Below, piece by piece: positions 1-13,010 of a stretch of 64,000 nt of DNA (positions are counted from its first letter, which is position 1; each line of letters begins with the position of its first letter). Location: contig OZ024742.1 in NCBI GenBank assembly GCA_964016885.1, positions 351,726,001 to 351,790,000 of the forward strand, written 5' to 3'. The DNA is from Eledone cirrhosa. Its lineage: Eukaryota. A program made the translations under genes and the position numbers. The notes below the pieces were generated by a model. The model saw only the letters and a program-made list of their open reading frames with translations, was not told the origin of the DNA and did not search any database.

Positions 1-80
1 CGCATCGCCTGGTCCAGGAATCGAACTCACAACCTTACGATTGCGAATCCAATTCTCTAACCACTCAGCCACACGCCTTC
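1..80 (-). mobile_element. tRNA-derived SINE, family A, 5' part (cut by window edge)
   Basis: Reverse complement has an A-box-like GTGGCTGAGTGGTTAG and a B box GAGTTCGATTCC. Homologous to 2811-2948 and 55075-55205. Confidence 0.75.
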
Positions 81-140
81 ACTCTACATATATATATATA
101 TGTAATAATAATAAGGGTTGACGGACCCAGCATATTTATC

Positions 141-250
141 AATGCCAGTACCGGTTGTATCTCAGCGCACTCAATTGGCACTGCACCATCTGTCTGCATA
201 TATTATGCAACAATGCACAATCGGCTTATGCGGCTTCATCAGCTGGTATC
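141..250 (-). ncRNA. Decayed type I hammerhead ribozyme
   Basis: RC reads gataccag CTGATGA agccgca...tgcgct GA[gatac]AA ccgg TA ctggcatt. Stem I pairs and stem III is the palindrome ACCGGT, but GAAA is split by a 5-nt insertion. Lies between TA-rich tracts. Confidence 0.5.
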
Positions 251-284
251 GCTAGAGAGATAGATAGATATATTCAATATTTAC

Positions 285-398
285 GTCATTTTGGCAATCA
301 TCACATTGTTACTAAAATCAAATATACTAGAACTCTCACTGTACATAATGAACAAAAATATATTATAGAGCCAGGAGATAATTGCAATCACACTTCGA
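285..398 (-). CDS. Candidate isolated host exon (hydrophobic, RSVIAIISWLYNIFLFIMYSESSSIFDFSNNVMIAKM)
   Basis: Pyrimidine-rich acceptor (tgtttcag), gtaaat donor, 114-nt open frame, phase 2/2. No recognisable homology. Confidence 0.2.
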
Positions 399-462
399 CT
401 GAAACAATAGGTAAGGATGATATTGATGGGATATACACTGTTAATGTCATTATAGCAATGGA

Positions 463-475
463 GGTAGTAGTAGTG

Positions 476-532
<57 letters not shown>

Positions 533-768
533 ATAGTAGTAGTAGTAGTAGTAGTAGTAGTAATATCAGCAGCAGCAACAGTAGCAGCAGTAGTAGTATT
601 AGCAGCAGTATTATTATACGTAGTAGTAGTATCAACAGCAGCAGTAGTAGTAGTAGTAGCATTGGTTGTAGTAGTAGTAACAGTAGTAGTAGCAGCACCA
701 GCATTAGCATTAGTAGTAGTAGTAGTAGTAATAATAGTAGTAGTAGTCGTATCAGCAGCAACAGTAGC

Positions 769-812
<44 letters not shown>

Positions 813-813
813 C

Positions 814-856
<43 letters not shown>

Positions 857-860
857 TTAG
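463..860. repeat. (GTA)n/(GCA)n trinucleotide microsatellite
   Basis: Seen directly. Produces spurious poly-V and poly-L ORFs. Confidence 0.95.
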
Positions 861-1451
861 TACGACCACCACCTAAATAACAATAGTATTAATAACAATA
901 ACTGTAATTATTGGTAGAATCTAACTTAAAATACACATGGGTAATATCATATTGGAAAATGCTAGAGAATGCTATATCTGTCGCCATTGTTATTACTGTG
1001 ACTGTACAGGAAGATAATGGTGCAGTGAAACTCTTAGTGTTTCATGAGAAATGCTAACATTCCAAGCACAAATACTATTTAAATATCAACATAGACAAAG
1101 ACATTGTTCAATAGGTATTGTTGAATGTAACTGAATATTAATTCCTCAAGGCGTAAATAAATTGAATATATTCACAGTTAAGACGTTCCTTTATGAACTT
1201 CACTTCCGCAGGTTCGATTCTATTGTGCAACATATTGGGTGAAATTATCCTAACATAATCTCTTGTCAAGTTTGTCACAATTTGTGAAATTCTGCAGGCT
1301 GACATTCTGATAAAGCTAATGATGGATTCATGTTTGTGTAGTTGATAGACATTCGTATTAAACCTACATACGTACGAAACCGCATATTCACACAGACGCA
1401 AAACTCACGTATACACATAACCATGTGCACATGTACCAGTATATATAATAT

Positions 1452-1625
1452 AACTGTTTCTACTTTAGGCACAAAGCCAACAATTACCCAGTGCATTACT
1501 GGTACTTTATTTTATCGACCCCGTAAGGATGAAAGGCAAAGTCATACTCGGCGGGATTTGAACTCAGATCGTAAAGGGACGTAACTATGCTAGAAAGCAT
1601 GGCGTCACAACCTCTAGCGATACTG
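1452..1625 (-). mobile_element. tRNA-derived SINE, family B (Nin/Deu-like central domain)
   Basis: RC contains B box GAGTTCAAATCC, core GCCTTTCATCCTTACGGGGTCGATAAAATAAAGTACCAG and tail TTGTGCCTAAAGTAGAAACA. A 3' fragment also lies at 2037-2108. Confidence 0.9.
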
Positions 1626-2251
1626 TACGCCTATAACATATACAAGCAAATATACGTACTAGAAAGTATACGTACCTTGACAAAACATACAGGTGATATA
1701 TACTTACCTATACAAACAAGAAATGTTATAAACATAACATATATTTAGTTACGACATGAAGACGTAAGATATCCGCGTATAGTTCGTATTAACCGTAATG
1801 GTATAATGTGGGGCTGCAATACAGGACAGTTTATGTTTACAAGCCGAAACTGCCTCAGATTTTTTGGTTTAAGATGTGGTCTTTGGCGAAGAGTATTACC
1901 TTTGTAATTTATTTACATTATTCTTGAATCTGAAGACGAGAATCATTCGGTTTCCTAAATAGAATATTAGTCTACGACTTCATTTCTACCATAAACGTGG
2001 TTTTGCCGTTGCGTGTAATTGTTTTCACCGCTCCAAATAATTGTTTCTACTTTAGGCACAAGGCCATCAATTATCTCAGTGCATTACTGGTACTTTATTT
2101 TATCAACGCTCCAAATAATGACGTATTATCTTCGTTTTTTTCCGTTCTTTGCCAGGGAACGTTTCCGCGAACCAAAGTATCGTCTTCCTGACTTACTTCG
2201 GTTGCAACGTTTTACGTAATATTACTTCTGCGTTCACATATTGATTGTTTT

Positions 2252-2319
2252 AGGTTTAGAAGATCCCGTTATGGGTGAAAGCAGCGATTCATTGCTTAAA
2301 CTTCAATCTGTTATTTTAA

Positions 2320-2320
<1 letters not shown>
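2252..2320 (+). ncRNA. Decayed hammerhead of family F (also at 48736-48787 and 59025-59126)
   Basis: aggtt TAGAAGA tcccgttatgggt GAAA gca..tgc TT aaact, followed by ctgttattttaat and (TA)n. The same 3' end is present in the 59025 copy. Confidence 0.45.
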
Positions 2321-2377
<57 letters not shown>

Positions 2378-2402
2378 TGTAATAAACAACATAAGATAGT
2401 TG

Positions 2403-2462
2403 TTTCAATTACCAGTGGTTTCTTGAAAGCAAACACATCTGCTTCCAGTCGTCAGAATAAAA
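2403..2462 (-). ncRNA. Type I hammerhead ribozyme (left arm)
   Basis: RC: ttttatt CTGACGA ctggaagca gatgtgtt tgctttcaa GAAA cc act gg TA attgaaa. One stem I mismatch. Confidence 0.75.
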
Positions 2463-2517
2463 AGTCCTGGTGTTTATATTGGATGTGGATCCACATTCAA
2501 TAAAAACACCAGGATTT

Positions 2518-2577
2518 TTTCATTCTGACGACTGAAAGCAGATTTGTTTGCTTTCAAGAAACCACTGGTAAATGAAA
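2518..2577 (+). ncRNA. Type I hammerhead ribozyme (right arm), intact core
   Basis: tttcatt CTGACGA c tgaaagca gatttgtt tgctttca a GAAA cc act gg TA aatgaaa. 7-bp stem I, 8-bp stem II, minimal stem III. Predicted cut after GUA at 2570. Confidence 0.85.
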
Positions 2578-2686
2578 TAATTATTTTATGTTATTCATGA
2601 CATAACTAATACGCTCTGTAACCTACATAGAGCACTCTTTTCACCCTGAACTTTCCGACGGAATTACTTCATTCACACACACACTT

Positions 2687-2763
<77 letters not shown>

Positions 2764-2810
2764 TATATAGATATATTTCCGTTGATCTTTCCAATTGCTA
2801 ATACTATCTA

Positions 2811-2948
2811 TCACTCGCGACTCCAGCTAGAAGGAGCAACGTGAAATAAAGTGTCTTGCTCAAGGTCATAAAACATCACGCGGTCCAGGAATCGAACCGA
2901 AAATCTCACGATTGGAAATCCAGTCTCTAACCAATCAGCCACACGCTG
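2811..2948 (-). mobile_element. tRNA-derived SINE, family A
   Basis: RC shows A and B boxes followed by CCTTGAGCAAGACACTTTATTTCACGTTGCTCC. Confidence 0.8.
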
Positions 2949-3068
2949 ATTAAATGGATGAATTGAGAGGAGAATACATCTCCCAGTCAGAACAATGTCG
3001 GAGACTATATGAACAATGTAAATGATTCTCATTAGTTGAGACAATAATGTGTGTATATATATATATAT

Positions 3069-3157
<89 letters not shown>

Positions 3158-3224
3158 CATATACACACACACATTTATATATATATATATATATATGTTG
3201 TCACATATGTTTCGAAAATAGTCT

Positions 3225-3270
<46 letters not shown>

Positions 3271-3395
3271 TATTGTCTCAACTAATGAGAATTATTTACA
3301 TTGTTCATATAGTCTCCGACATTGTTCTCGCTGGGAGATGTATTCTCCTCTCAATTCATCCATTTAATCAGCGTGTGGCTGATTGGTTAGGGACT

Positions 3396-4878
3396 CTATT
3401 TCCAGTCTTCAAGAACGGAAATAAGTCCCTTGCAGTGAACTACCGGCCGATCTCACTCACCATATTTTCAAGGTATTTGAGAGAGTGGTGAGATCACGAA
3501 TAACCCACTTTCTTGAAAGCAACGGCCTGCTGAACTCCAACCAACATGGATTCCGAAGGGACTTCCTAACGCAGCTCCTGCATCATTTTGGCGATGTTTT
3601 GAGAGCCTTGGGAGAGGGCGCCAACACTGATGTCATCTACCTTGATTTCAGCAAGGCCTTTGACAGGGTTGATCATAAGATTCTACTGAAAAAACTATCT
3701 AATGTTGGTGTCTCTGGAAGCTTACTACAGTGGATCAAATGTTTCCTGACAGGTAGAACCCAGCATGTTGTAGTCGAAGGAGTAAAATCAAGCCTTGCCA
3801 AAGTCCGCAGTGGCGTCCCAGAAGGCACTATGTTGGGCCCACTTCTTTTCATCATCTACATTAATGACATTACTGACATCATCAAACAAGGTAACATCAG
3901 AATCTTCGCAGATGATTCCAAGCTCCAAAGGGTCATCAATGAGGGGGCTGACGGGACTTGCCTCCAGTCAGACCTATTGGCTTTTATCCAATGGGCAGAG
4001 AAGAATAATATGCTGTTAAATGAGGATAGATTTGAACTAATCCACTTTCGAAAAAAGAATGCTCTGAAACTGCCATACTATCTTCCCTCGGGTGAAACTC
4101 TAGTGGATTCCAATAACATCAGAGACCTGGAAGTAATTGTGGACAACAATATAAGCTGGGCCACTCATATAAACAGCAAAGTTGATATGGCCCGCAGAAT
4201 GTGTTCCTGGATTCTCAGGACTTTCCAGTCGAGTGATATACACACTGTTGTCCTTCTCTTCTCCACATTTGCCCGACTCCACCTTGAATACTGTTGTCCA
4301 CTGTGGTCACCCCACACGAAACAAAGTATCATGAAAGTTGAAGCACCCCAAAGGTCAATTACAAAAAATATATTTGGCATTACAGTCCTTGACTATTGGG
4401 GTCGATTAGAAAAGCTCGAACTTTATTCTCTTCAACGTCGTCGTGAGCGCTACATTATCTGTATGATGCGGAAAAGATTCCATCAGCTTAGCCCAAATGA
4501 TGTTGGAATCATCTTTGGTGTACACCGAAGGCGTGGGCCCTTTGCTATCCGCCCACGACAAAAATCCCACTCGCATCATATAACAACAATACGGCACAAT
4601 TATTTCACCTCAATTGGCCCTGCACTCTTTGACATTACACCAAAACACATCAAATCAGAGACAGACCCCATCAAGTTCAAGAAGTCTTCGGATAAATTCC
4701 TTCAAGAAATCCCGGATAAGCCTCTTACACCCGAATATGCCTTCGTAAACAATAACTCTCTGCTCGAGTTGGCCTTTGTGCCCAAACAATGATTTGTAAG
4801 AATTCGCCAGGTGGAGCTATTAAGTTAGACATGGCCTAGGCCAATACTGGCCAAAACCTATCGAAGTTATCAAAGTCA
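3396..4878 (+). mobile_element. 5'-truncated CR1-group LINE (RT domain; ORF 3485-4792)
   Basis: NYRPISLT, QHGFR, DFSKAFDRVDH, SGVPEGTMLGPLLF, FADD. Short repeated tail (tatcgaagt/tatcaaagt) before (TA)n. Confidence 0.9.
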
Positions 4879-4886
4879 TATATATT

Positions 4887-4920
<34 letters not shown>

Positions 4921-7237
4921 TATATATATAATGATCGCAGCATATTCTACATCTTCATGAGATTGGCACCTTCCAGCCCTTTTAAAGTCGAGCACTCTTC
5001 AGTCATAGGATTATAAACCAATACTGAACATGGATAGATACCCTTTGGACTACTCTGTAAATACTATCCCAACACCTTCTAACACTCTCTACACGAAAAT
5101 ACTGATAGACAAAGTAGAGAAGGTTGTTAAAAGAATGAGATGGAAAGCTTTGATTCTCGATGGACAATTTAACACGGATTCTACGGAATATTTTGACATC
5201 AAAACTCATAAATACCCGCAAAGAGTAAAATATATGACCGCCTTTGAATTAGACCTAGTTAACCTAATCAACAATATCAATTTTCGTAAGTACTCTAACC
5301 CTTTTCAATCAAAACTATCTAATGATATTTCAACTTTCAAATCTTCTAATAATAAGTTCATCTTGTCCGATAAAACTAAAACCCTATATGAAGTTAATAA
5401 TAATTTACACGACCAACTATTAATAGATAATATCACCTCTAAATACCAAATAGCTAATATAAATACGTACCATAATATAAATAAGGAAGCTAAAGAATTA
5501 GCTGTTTCTTTAAAAATAGATAATAGGACAGAAAAACTTGCTAAACGTTCAGAGTACATCACCCTTAAAGTTCATAAACCCGACTTTATTAATCGTCCTA
5601 GTTGTAGATTAATCAACCCTGCTAAGACTGATATTAGTCTTGCCAAAAAAAAATGTTAAATAAATTAAATACACACATTAGAAGTAAGTCTAAATTACTC
5701 CAATGGATAAATAGCTCTTCCGTAGTACATTGGTTTAATAATATTAAAAACAAAAATAGTTCTAGATTCACCCAATTTGAGATTGTAGATTTCTACCCAT
5801 CTATCACTCAGACCCTTTTAGCGAAAGCTTTAAATTTCGCTAGAGGGTTTACTAATATCTCCGATATTGAAGAGAATGTCATCTTGCACGCTAGAAACAC
5901 TCTACTTTTTAATGATAATGACACTTGGGTAAACATATCTAACCCAGAGAACGAAATTCGATGTCTCAATGGGCTCTTATGACAGTGCTGATGTTTGTGA
6001 TCTGGTCGGCCTATTCCTCCTACATACTCTTAAAGAAAAAATTCCTAACCATATTGTTGGGCTTTATCGCGACAATGGTCTAATACTTTCCCATACCACC
6101 ATAGGACATAACTTAGATAGATTAAGGAAAGACTTAATAAACACCTTCGCTAGTCTTAATCTTAAAATTACTATTGACACTAACCTTTCCAATGTAGATT
6201 TCCTAGATATAAACTTAGATTTGCCTACTGCTTTTATAAACCATACCATAAACCTAATGAAAACTTAAAATATATAAATAAAGGCTATTTCCATCCACCT
6301 ATAGTTTTTAAAAATCTTATCCCTAATATTAGCCGTAGGATCTCCACCCTCTCTTATTCAGAAGCTATTTTTAATAAGGCATCCCCCTACTATAATAAAG
6401 CCCTCCAAAATAGCGGTTTTAGCGAACCGATTAAATACATACCCAATTATACTAACTCTATTAAACATAAAAACAGGAAAAGAAAAATAATCTGGTTCAC
6501 ACCCCCCTACTCTCTAGCAGTTAAAACTAATGTAGGCAAAACATTCCTAGAGCTCCTAGATAAACATTTCCCTAGAACTCATAGATACTATAAGATCTTT
6601 AACAGAAACTGTGTCAAAATTAGCTATTCCTGCGGTCCTCCTATTAAGTCCTATATCATCAACAAAATATCACCTAGAGAAAATCAAACTTGCTCCTGTA
6701 GAATCAAAAGTGAATGCCCATTACAAGGTAAATGCAACACCAAAGCCATTGTATATGCGGCTAAAGTGACAACCATCAGCAACAACGATCCAGCCACCAG
6801 TGAACGATATGTGTGTATGACGCAAGACAAATTCAAAACGCGTTATTACTCACATGTCGCATCCTTTCGACATCCAGAAAAAAGATTTGCAACAGCTCTG
6901 GCTAGCAGAATTTTGGATTTGAAAGACCAAGGCATCTAATATAAATTAGATTGGTCAATTTTGAACCAATCTAAAGAATATGCTAGAGGAACAAGAAAAT
7001 GCACGCGCTGCATAAATGAAAAATATTGGATATTGCAAAATCTAAAATCACCAAAGACCTGCCTGAACACAAAGACGGAAATTTTCACCAGTTGCCCACA
7101 CATGAAATCACACCTGCTTTCCAGCTCATATCAGCTTAACACACTTTCAGATACTTATCCTCCATAAACCCTTATTATTCTCTTCATAATTACCTTTTCT
7201 GATTTACTTTCATTTTTATCCTTATCATTAATTTCAT

Positions 7238-7368
7238 TTATTTTTATTTTTATTTTTATTTTTATTTTTATTTTTATTTTTATTTTTATTTTTATTTTTA
7301 TTTTTATTTTTATTTTTATTTTTATTTTTATTTTTATTTTTATTTTTATTTTTATTTTTTTTTTATTT
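7238..7368. repeat. (TTTTTA)n microsatellite in PLE 3' UTR
   Basis: Seen directly. Confidence 0.9.
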
Positions 7369-8400
7369 TTACTTCACATCCACCAATAATACCCCCCCCC
7401 CTTTATTCTCCGATTCACTTACCTAATATTTTCACTTTCCATTTTTTTACTTCCCTATTTCCTTCACTAACTGATTATACTTGTTATTTGTGTTTTCCAC
7501 CACAGATATATTTTATTTTTTTATTTTTGTGCAGCCAATCTTACAATTTTATATTTGTACTTACTTATCCACAAGTTTTTTACACTCTGTATCAATGTGG
7601 TTGAACGCCTTAATGTGTGTATACCTTCTATATATGTACATGAGCGACTACGTATGTGCGCGCGCGTGCGTGTATATATATATCTATATATATGTATATA
7701 TATGTATGTGTATGTGTCTTTATAACCGTGTTTTTACATCTAGGTTTTATGTTTTGTTCCTTTTTTCTTCCCCCCTTTTTTTACTTAGTCATTTTTATGT
7801 GTGTGCATGCAAACAGGTCAATATGCGTGAGTGTAAGTATGTGTGTGTGTGTGTGTACGTATCGAACGTATGGATGTGTAAGTGTGCGTGTATATATAAG
7901 CATGTATATATTTGCGTTTCTTATGTGAGATATACGTGTGTGTATATCTATGTACCTTTTTTGTCTTATTTTCTTTAATTTTTTTCTTTCTAAATTATTG
8001 TTCCATTTTTATAATTATATCGATATTGATTCTTTCCTTTAATGATTACACTCCCTTACCTATTTTACTTCCGCATCCAAGTATACGTGTGTGTAGGTGT
8101 GTTTATGTGCGTGCCTTCATATTCTTATGATGTATCTATTCTGTCTGTAGATTACAGACATACAGATACATTTGCCCTAAATTATATATTTACGTAAACT
8201 TTTCACTATACGTATACATATGTGCATACACATATATGCACATCTGTGAGCATATATACATACATATACACACACCTAACTATTTTTCTTGAAAGATTAT
8301 TATATATTTCATATTCTAATTCATTTGTCTATTTCTTTTTTGGTTTTTTGTTTTTTTGCTTTTCTTGATGAGACTTTCTAAGTATTTACACATGTTTTAT

Positions 8401-8478
8401 ATTGCCTCGTCTGACGAACGAATGAAGACGTTTCTTTCGTATTCGCCTCATTCGGGAAACCTCTGGTAATGAGGTAAT
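8401..8478 (+). ncRNA. Type I hammerhead ribozyme, intact, at PLE 3' end
   Basis: attgcctcgt CTGACGA a cgaatga..tcattcg g GAAA cc tct gg TA atgaggtaat. 10-bp stem I. Predicted cut after 8468. Confidence 0.9.
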
Positions 8479-8500
8479 TATATTGTATTGATTTTTATAC

Positions 8501-8560
<60 letters not shown>

Positions 8561-8589
8561 AGTGTATATATATATATATACAATCACAC

Positions 8590-8657
<68 letters not shown>

Positions 8658-9726
8658 TGTCACATATGTTTCGAAAATATTCTTACTATATATATATATA
8701 TATATATATACACATCATTGTCTCAACTAATTAGAATCATTTACATTGTTCATATGGTCTCTCACATTGCTGTCACAGGGAGATGTATTCTCCTCTTTGT
8801 TCATCTATTCAATTTAGTGATCTTCAGATGACACTTAGCAGTCATTTTACTTGTACTTTCCTTCTTTCTCTTCTTTTTTTAATTACACATGTCAATAAAA
8901 TCGTAGGGAATGGTATCGTGGTCACTCTACCGGTTTTAGAAATAGGAGGTGAATCCAGCTCTTATGGAACACTCCCGTTTTAAAAAAGGAAGTACGCATT
9001 GGTTTACATTGACTTAGATATATTGTCTGAAATAAATGGGTGGTGTCAACTTGAATGCTATTGATAATTACTATATGTGATTCACATTAATGACAATATG
9101 AAGATAACAAAATGAAGAAGGAATACGAAATGAGAAAGAGTTGAACATTAGAAAAAAGGGGATGAAAAGGCAAATGTATTAAAAAAAAAGAGAAAGTCGA
9201 ATAACAATGAAAGATGGGGTGGAGGAAGAGGAGGAACAGCATGATGAGAATCCGAAGGAGGAGTTAAAAAGAAGAATAAGTAGAAGAGGGGAGGGAAATA
9301 AGAAGGATGAGAAAATAAGAAAAGGGAGATGTAGAGGGAAACGAAGAAAACAAGATAAATACCCAGAAAGAATGAGGAGGAGGAGGAGAAGGAGGAGAAA
9401 AAGAAAATGGAAGATGATGAGAAGCTGAAGGACGGGTAAAAATGAAGAATGTTGCGAAACGGGAGGAGGATATGAAGTAGAAGTAGGAGGAAGAGGAGGA
9501 TGTGAGGAGAGATGAAGATGTGGCGAGCCAGGAGATGGTGAATAATAATAATAACAAGACAACAACAATAACAGCAGCAATAACAACAACAATAACAGCA
9601 ACAATATCTCTCTTTTGAATGTGGAATTTTCAAGCCGGGAAATGTTAAATCTTTGCAGTGTCCATCTACAGCTGTTGTTCTCACTATTGTTTAATTGCTG
9701 AAGTTGTCGTTAGTACTTGTATTACT

Positions 9727-10860
9727 AGGTTAACTTTGCCTTTTTATCCTTACGGGGCCGATAAAATAAAGTACCAGTAATGCACTGGGTAATTGCAGGC
9801 CTTGTGCCTAAAGTAGAAACAGTTATTACTATCTATTACTATCATCAGCCCAGATAAACTATACATGTCCCCAAAAGGATCCCATCTTTGTTCATCGCTT
9901 CATTCAATTTCTCTGTTCCATTCTCAATGTGACAACATATGTTTCGATGGAGTTTAGCTGCTAATTTACTCCGCGGAGCTGTGGGAGGCCAGTATGTGGG
10001 ACCCTATTTCCTCACCACACGGAGAAATGGGGAGGGCCAGAGAGATGGAGACTATGACAGTGTGAGTTCAGCTGATTTTTCATGTTTGCTTAGGTTACAA
10101 TTGCATTGTGATAAGAAGAGTTGAAATTAATGCATGTAAGATTCTGATTGAGAATAAGTTTAAGGGTACATACGAGGTTTGCAGAATACACAGCTATTTA
10201 GCATGTCTAAAACACATGTGGCTATTCATTTAGTCATGTTTTACAATTATTATTAGTCAGGAAGAGGGCGGTGGATTGGCAGTATAGATAGAGGGTCGGA
10301 CGATAGCTTTGCAGCAAATAGTTACAGCCCTTTATGGTCTGAGTTCAAATCCGGCCGATGTTACCTTTGCCTTTCATCCTTAAGTGGTCGATAAAATAAA
10401 GTACCAGTAAAACACTGTGACAATTGCTGGCCTTGTGCCAAAAGTAGAAACAATTATTAGTCAGGAAGCCGCAGGACCAAAAACATCGCAGTGTTTAGGG
10501 TCACAATATTTACGGAAATGTACCAAATGCTTGAGACATTAATTTCAATTTTATTTTAACCGAAGTCGATTCATGAAGTACCAATCAAGACATTGGCTCA
10601 TATAATTCATTGCAATTCATTTATGAAGATTATTATTGGTAGCTGTAAATAGGCAATATCGGTAGCCCACAGGAACCATTTTTTGGAGCATCGATACAAC
10701 ACTTTACCTATTGATTTTAAATCCTTCCAAGATTTACCTGCCATTTCATCCTTTCAGGGTCGGTAACATAATGAATCAGTAACCCAATGGTACGATTGAA
10801 TCGACTCCTTCTCCTAAATGTTTGGCTTTGTGCCTAACTCAGAACCCCTTATTATTGTTA
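9727..10860 (+). mobile_element. Three separate family B SINE copies (9727-9826 fragment, 10266-10458 complete, about 10640-10860 old)
   Basis: Shared A box TGGCAGTAT, B box, core and tail motifs. Confidence 0.8.
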
Positions 10861-11043
10861 TTAGCATGAGAAATAAGTTGGTATGTTCGTATTTATTTTG
10901 TGATAGGCATTTTGTGATATGTAATTGATTCTGCCGGCAAAAATATCCGATCATATCTGCATAGGTGCAAATTCAATTATTTTCCTCCCTCTATCTCACA
11001 CTTTGATGTTGCATTCCCACTACCTCTATTTACACACAGACAC

Positions 11044-11112
<69 letters not shown>

Positions 11113-11162
11113 TATATATGTGTGTGTCTGTGTGCGTGCGTGTGTGTATGCGTGTATAGATA

Positions 11163-11362
11163 NNNNNNNNNNNNNNNNNNNNNNNNNNNNNNNNNNNNNN
11201 NNNNNNNNNNNNNNNNNNNNNNNNNNNNNNNNNNNNNNNNNNNNNNNNNNNNNNNNNNNNNNNNNNNNNNNNNNNNNNNNNNNNNNNNNNNNNNNNNNNN
11301 NNNNNNNNNNNNNNNNNNNNNNNNNNNNNNNNNNNNNNNNNNNNNNNNNNNNNNNNNNNNNN
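11163..11362. other. Assembly gap (200 N)
   Basis: Run of N. Confidence 1.
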
Positions 11363-11700
11363 GGAGTTACACAACTCGATAAAGTGCGTGCTCGGAGATG
11401 AGAGTCACGCTAGGCAGAACAGCTATTTCTCCGAATTGAGAGATCACAGATCTGACTGATACTATGGGCATGTATTTTGAATGTCTTAGAAAAAATCGCT
11501 GGAGAGATTTTACGGGCAAAACCAATTGGCATGAGACCCTTAGGCAAGATGGTTGATAACAATGAATTAGGCTGATTATGCTTATGGTTTCATTTGCATC
11601 ACTTCTAAAAGGTTACTTCTGACAGGACCAACTGGAAAGAGTGCTGGTGGTATGTGCCCCACAAAACTCTCTTGTATAAGTGGGCGAATGAGAAGAAGAA
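11363..11700 (+). mobile_element. Decayed 3' fragment of an RTE-clade LINE
   Basis: GVTQLDKVR...YYGHV...RAKPIGMRPLG across frameshifts, typical of the RTE C-terminus. Confidence 0.6.
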
Positions 11701-12042
11701 GGAAAAGGAGAATATTCAATTTTCCGTTGGAAATGTTTTAAAATGTTATATTATTCTAAATTTTCAATTTCTTATTTGTTCATTTAGTAGCATTATGTTA
11801 TGTACTTTGTCTATTTTTCACCGGCTTTCATCTGGGAAATTAGTTTATGATTTCCTTTCCCTCTTGTGTCTGTGGAGATTAGAAGTAATCATTTATTTAC
11901 CATTTTGAAATATTTCGAATTAGTGAAAGTCTAGGTTTCCCTATTGTATTATATAACGTGATGATGAATGGAACAGATGCGGACTTCACACACACAGAAA
12001 TATCAATAGTATGAATGACATTCTCATGTTTCAAAATGCAGT

Positions 12043-12150
12043 AAAAAAGCAGCTTATTTATCAACCTGACTATGTGTGTGTGTGTATATATATATATACA
12101 CACATACACACATAGTCAGGTTGATAAATAAGCTGCTTTTTTTACTGCAT
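12043..12150. repeat. Near-perfect palindrome centred on (TG)n(TA)n(CA)n
   Basis: atgcagtaaaaaagcagcttatttatcaacctgactatg mirrored by catagtcaggttgataaataagctgcttttttttactgcat. Confidence 0.9.
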
Positions 12151-12171
12151 ATATATATATATATATATATA

Positions 12172-13010
<839 letters not shown>

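Larger units (their letters stand above)
2372..2608. repeat. About 237-bp imperfect palindrome with an HHR in each arm
   Basis: Arms mirror around GGATCC at 2487-2492. Flanked by (TA)n. Confidence 0.9.
4931..8495 (+). mobile_element. Penelope-like element, Naiad-type, near full length; disrupted RT+GIY-YIG ORF about 5030-7167
   Basis: CRLINPAK, FEIVDFYPSI, MGSYDSADVCDL, GLYRDNG. CSCRIKSECPLQGKC is followed by IVY...YVCMT..KFKTRY. C-terminal CTRC and SCPH. HHR at the 3' end, (TA)n on both sides. Confidence 0.9.

Noticed and set aside
155-880. 241-aa poly-Val ORF and antisense poly-Leu ORF
   Set aside because: Translation of a (GTA)n microsatellite.
10266-10458. tRNA genes suggested by A and B boxes
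   Set aside because: These are SINE heads followed by SINE core and tail, with no cloverleaf.
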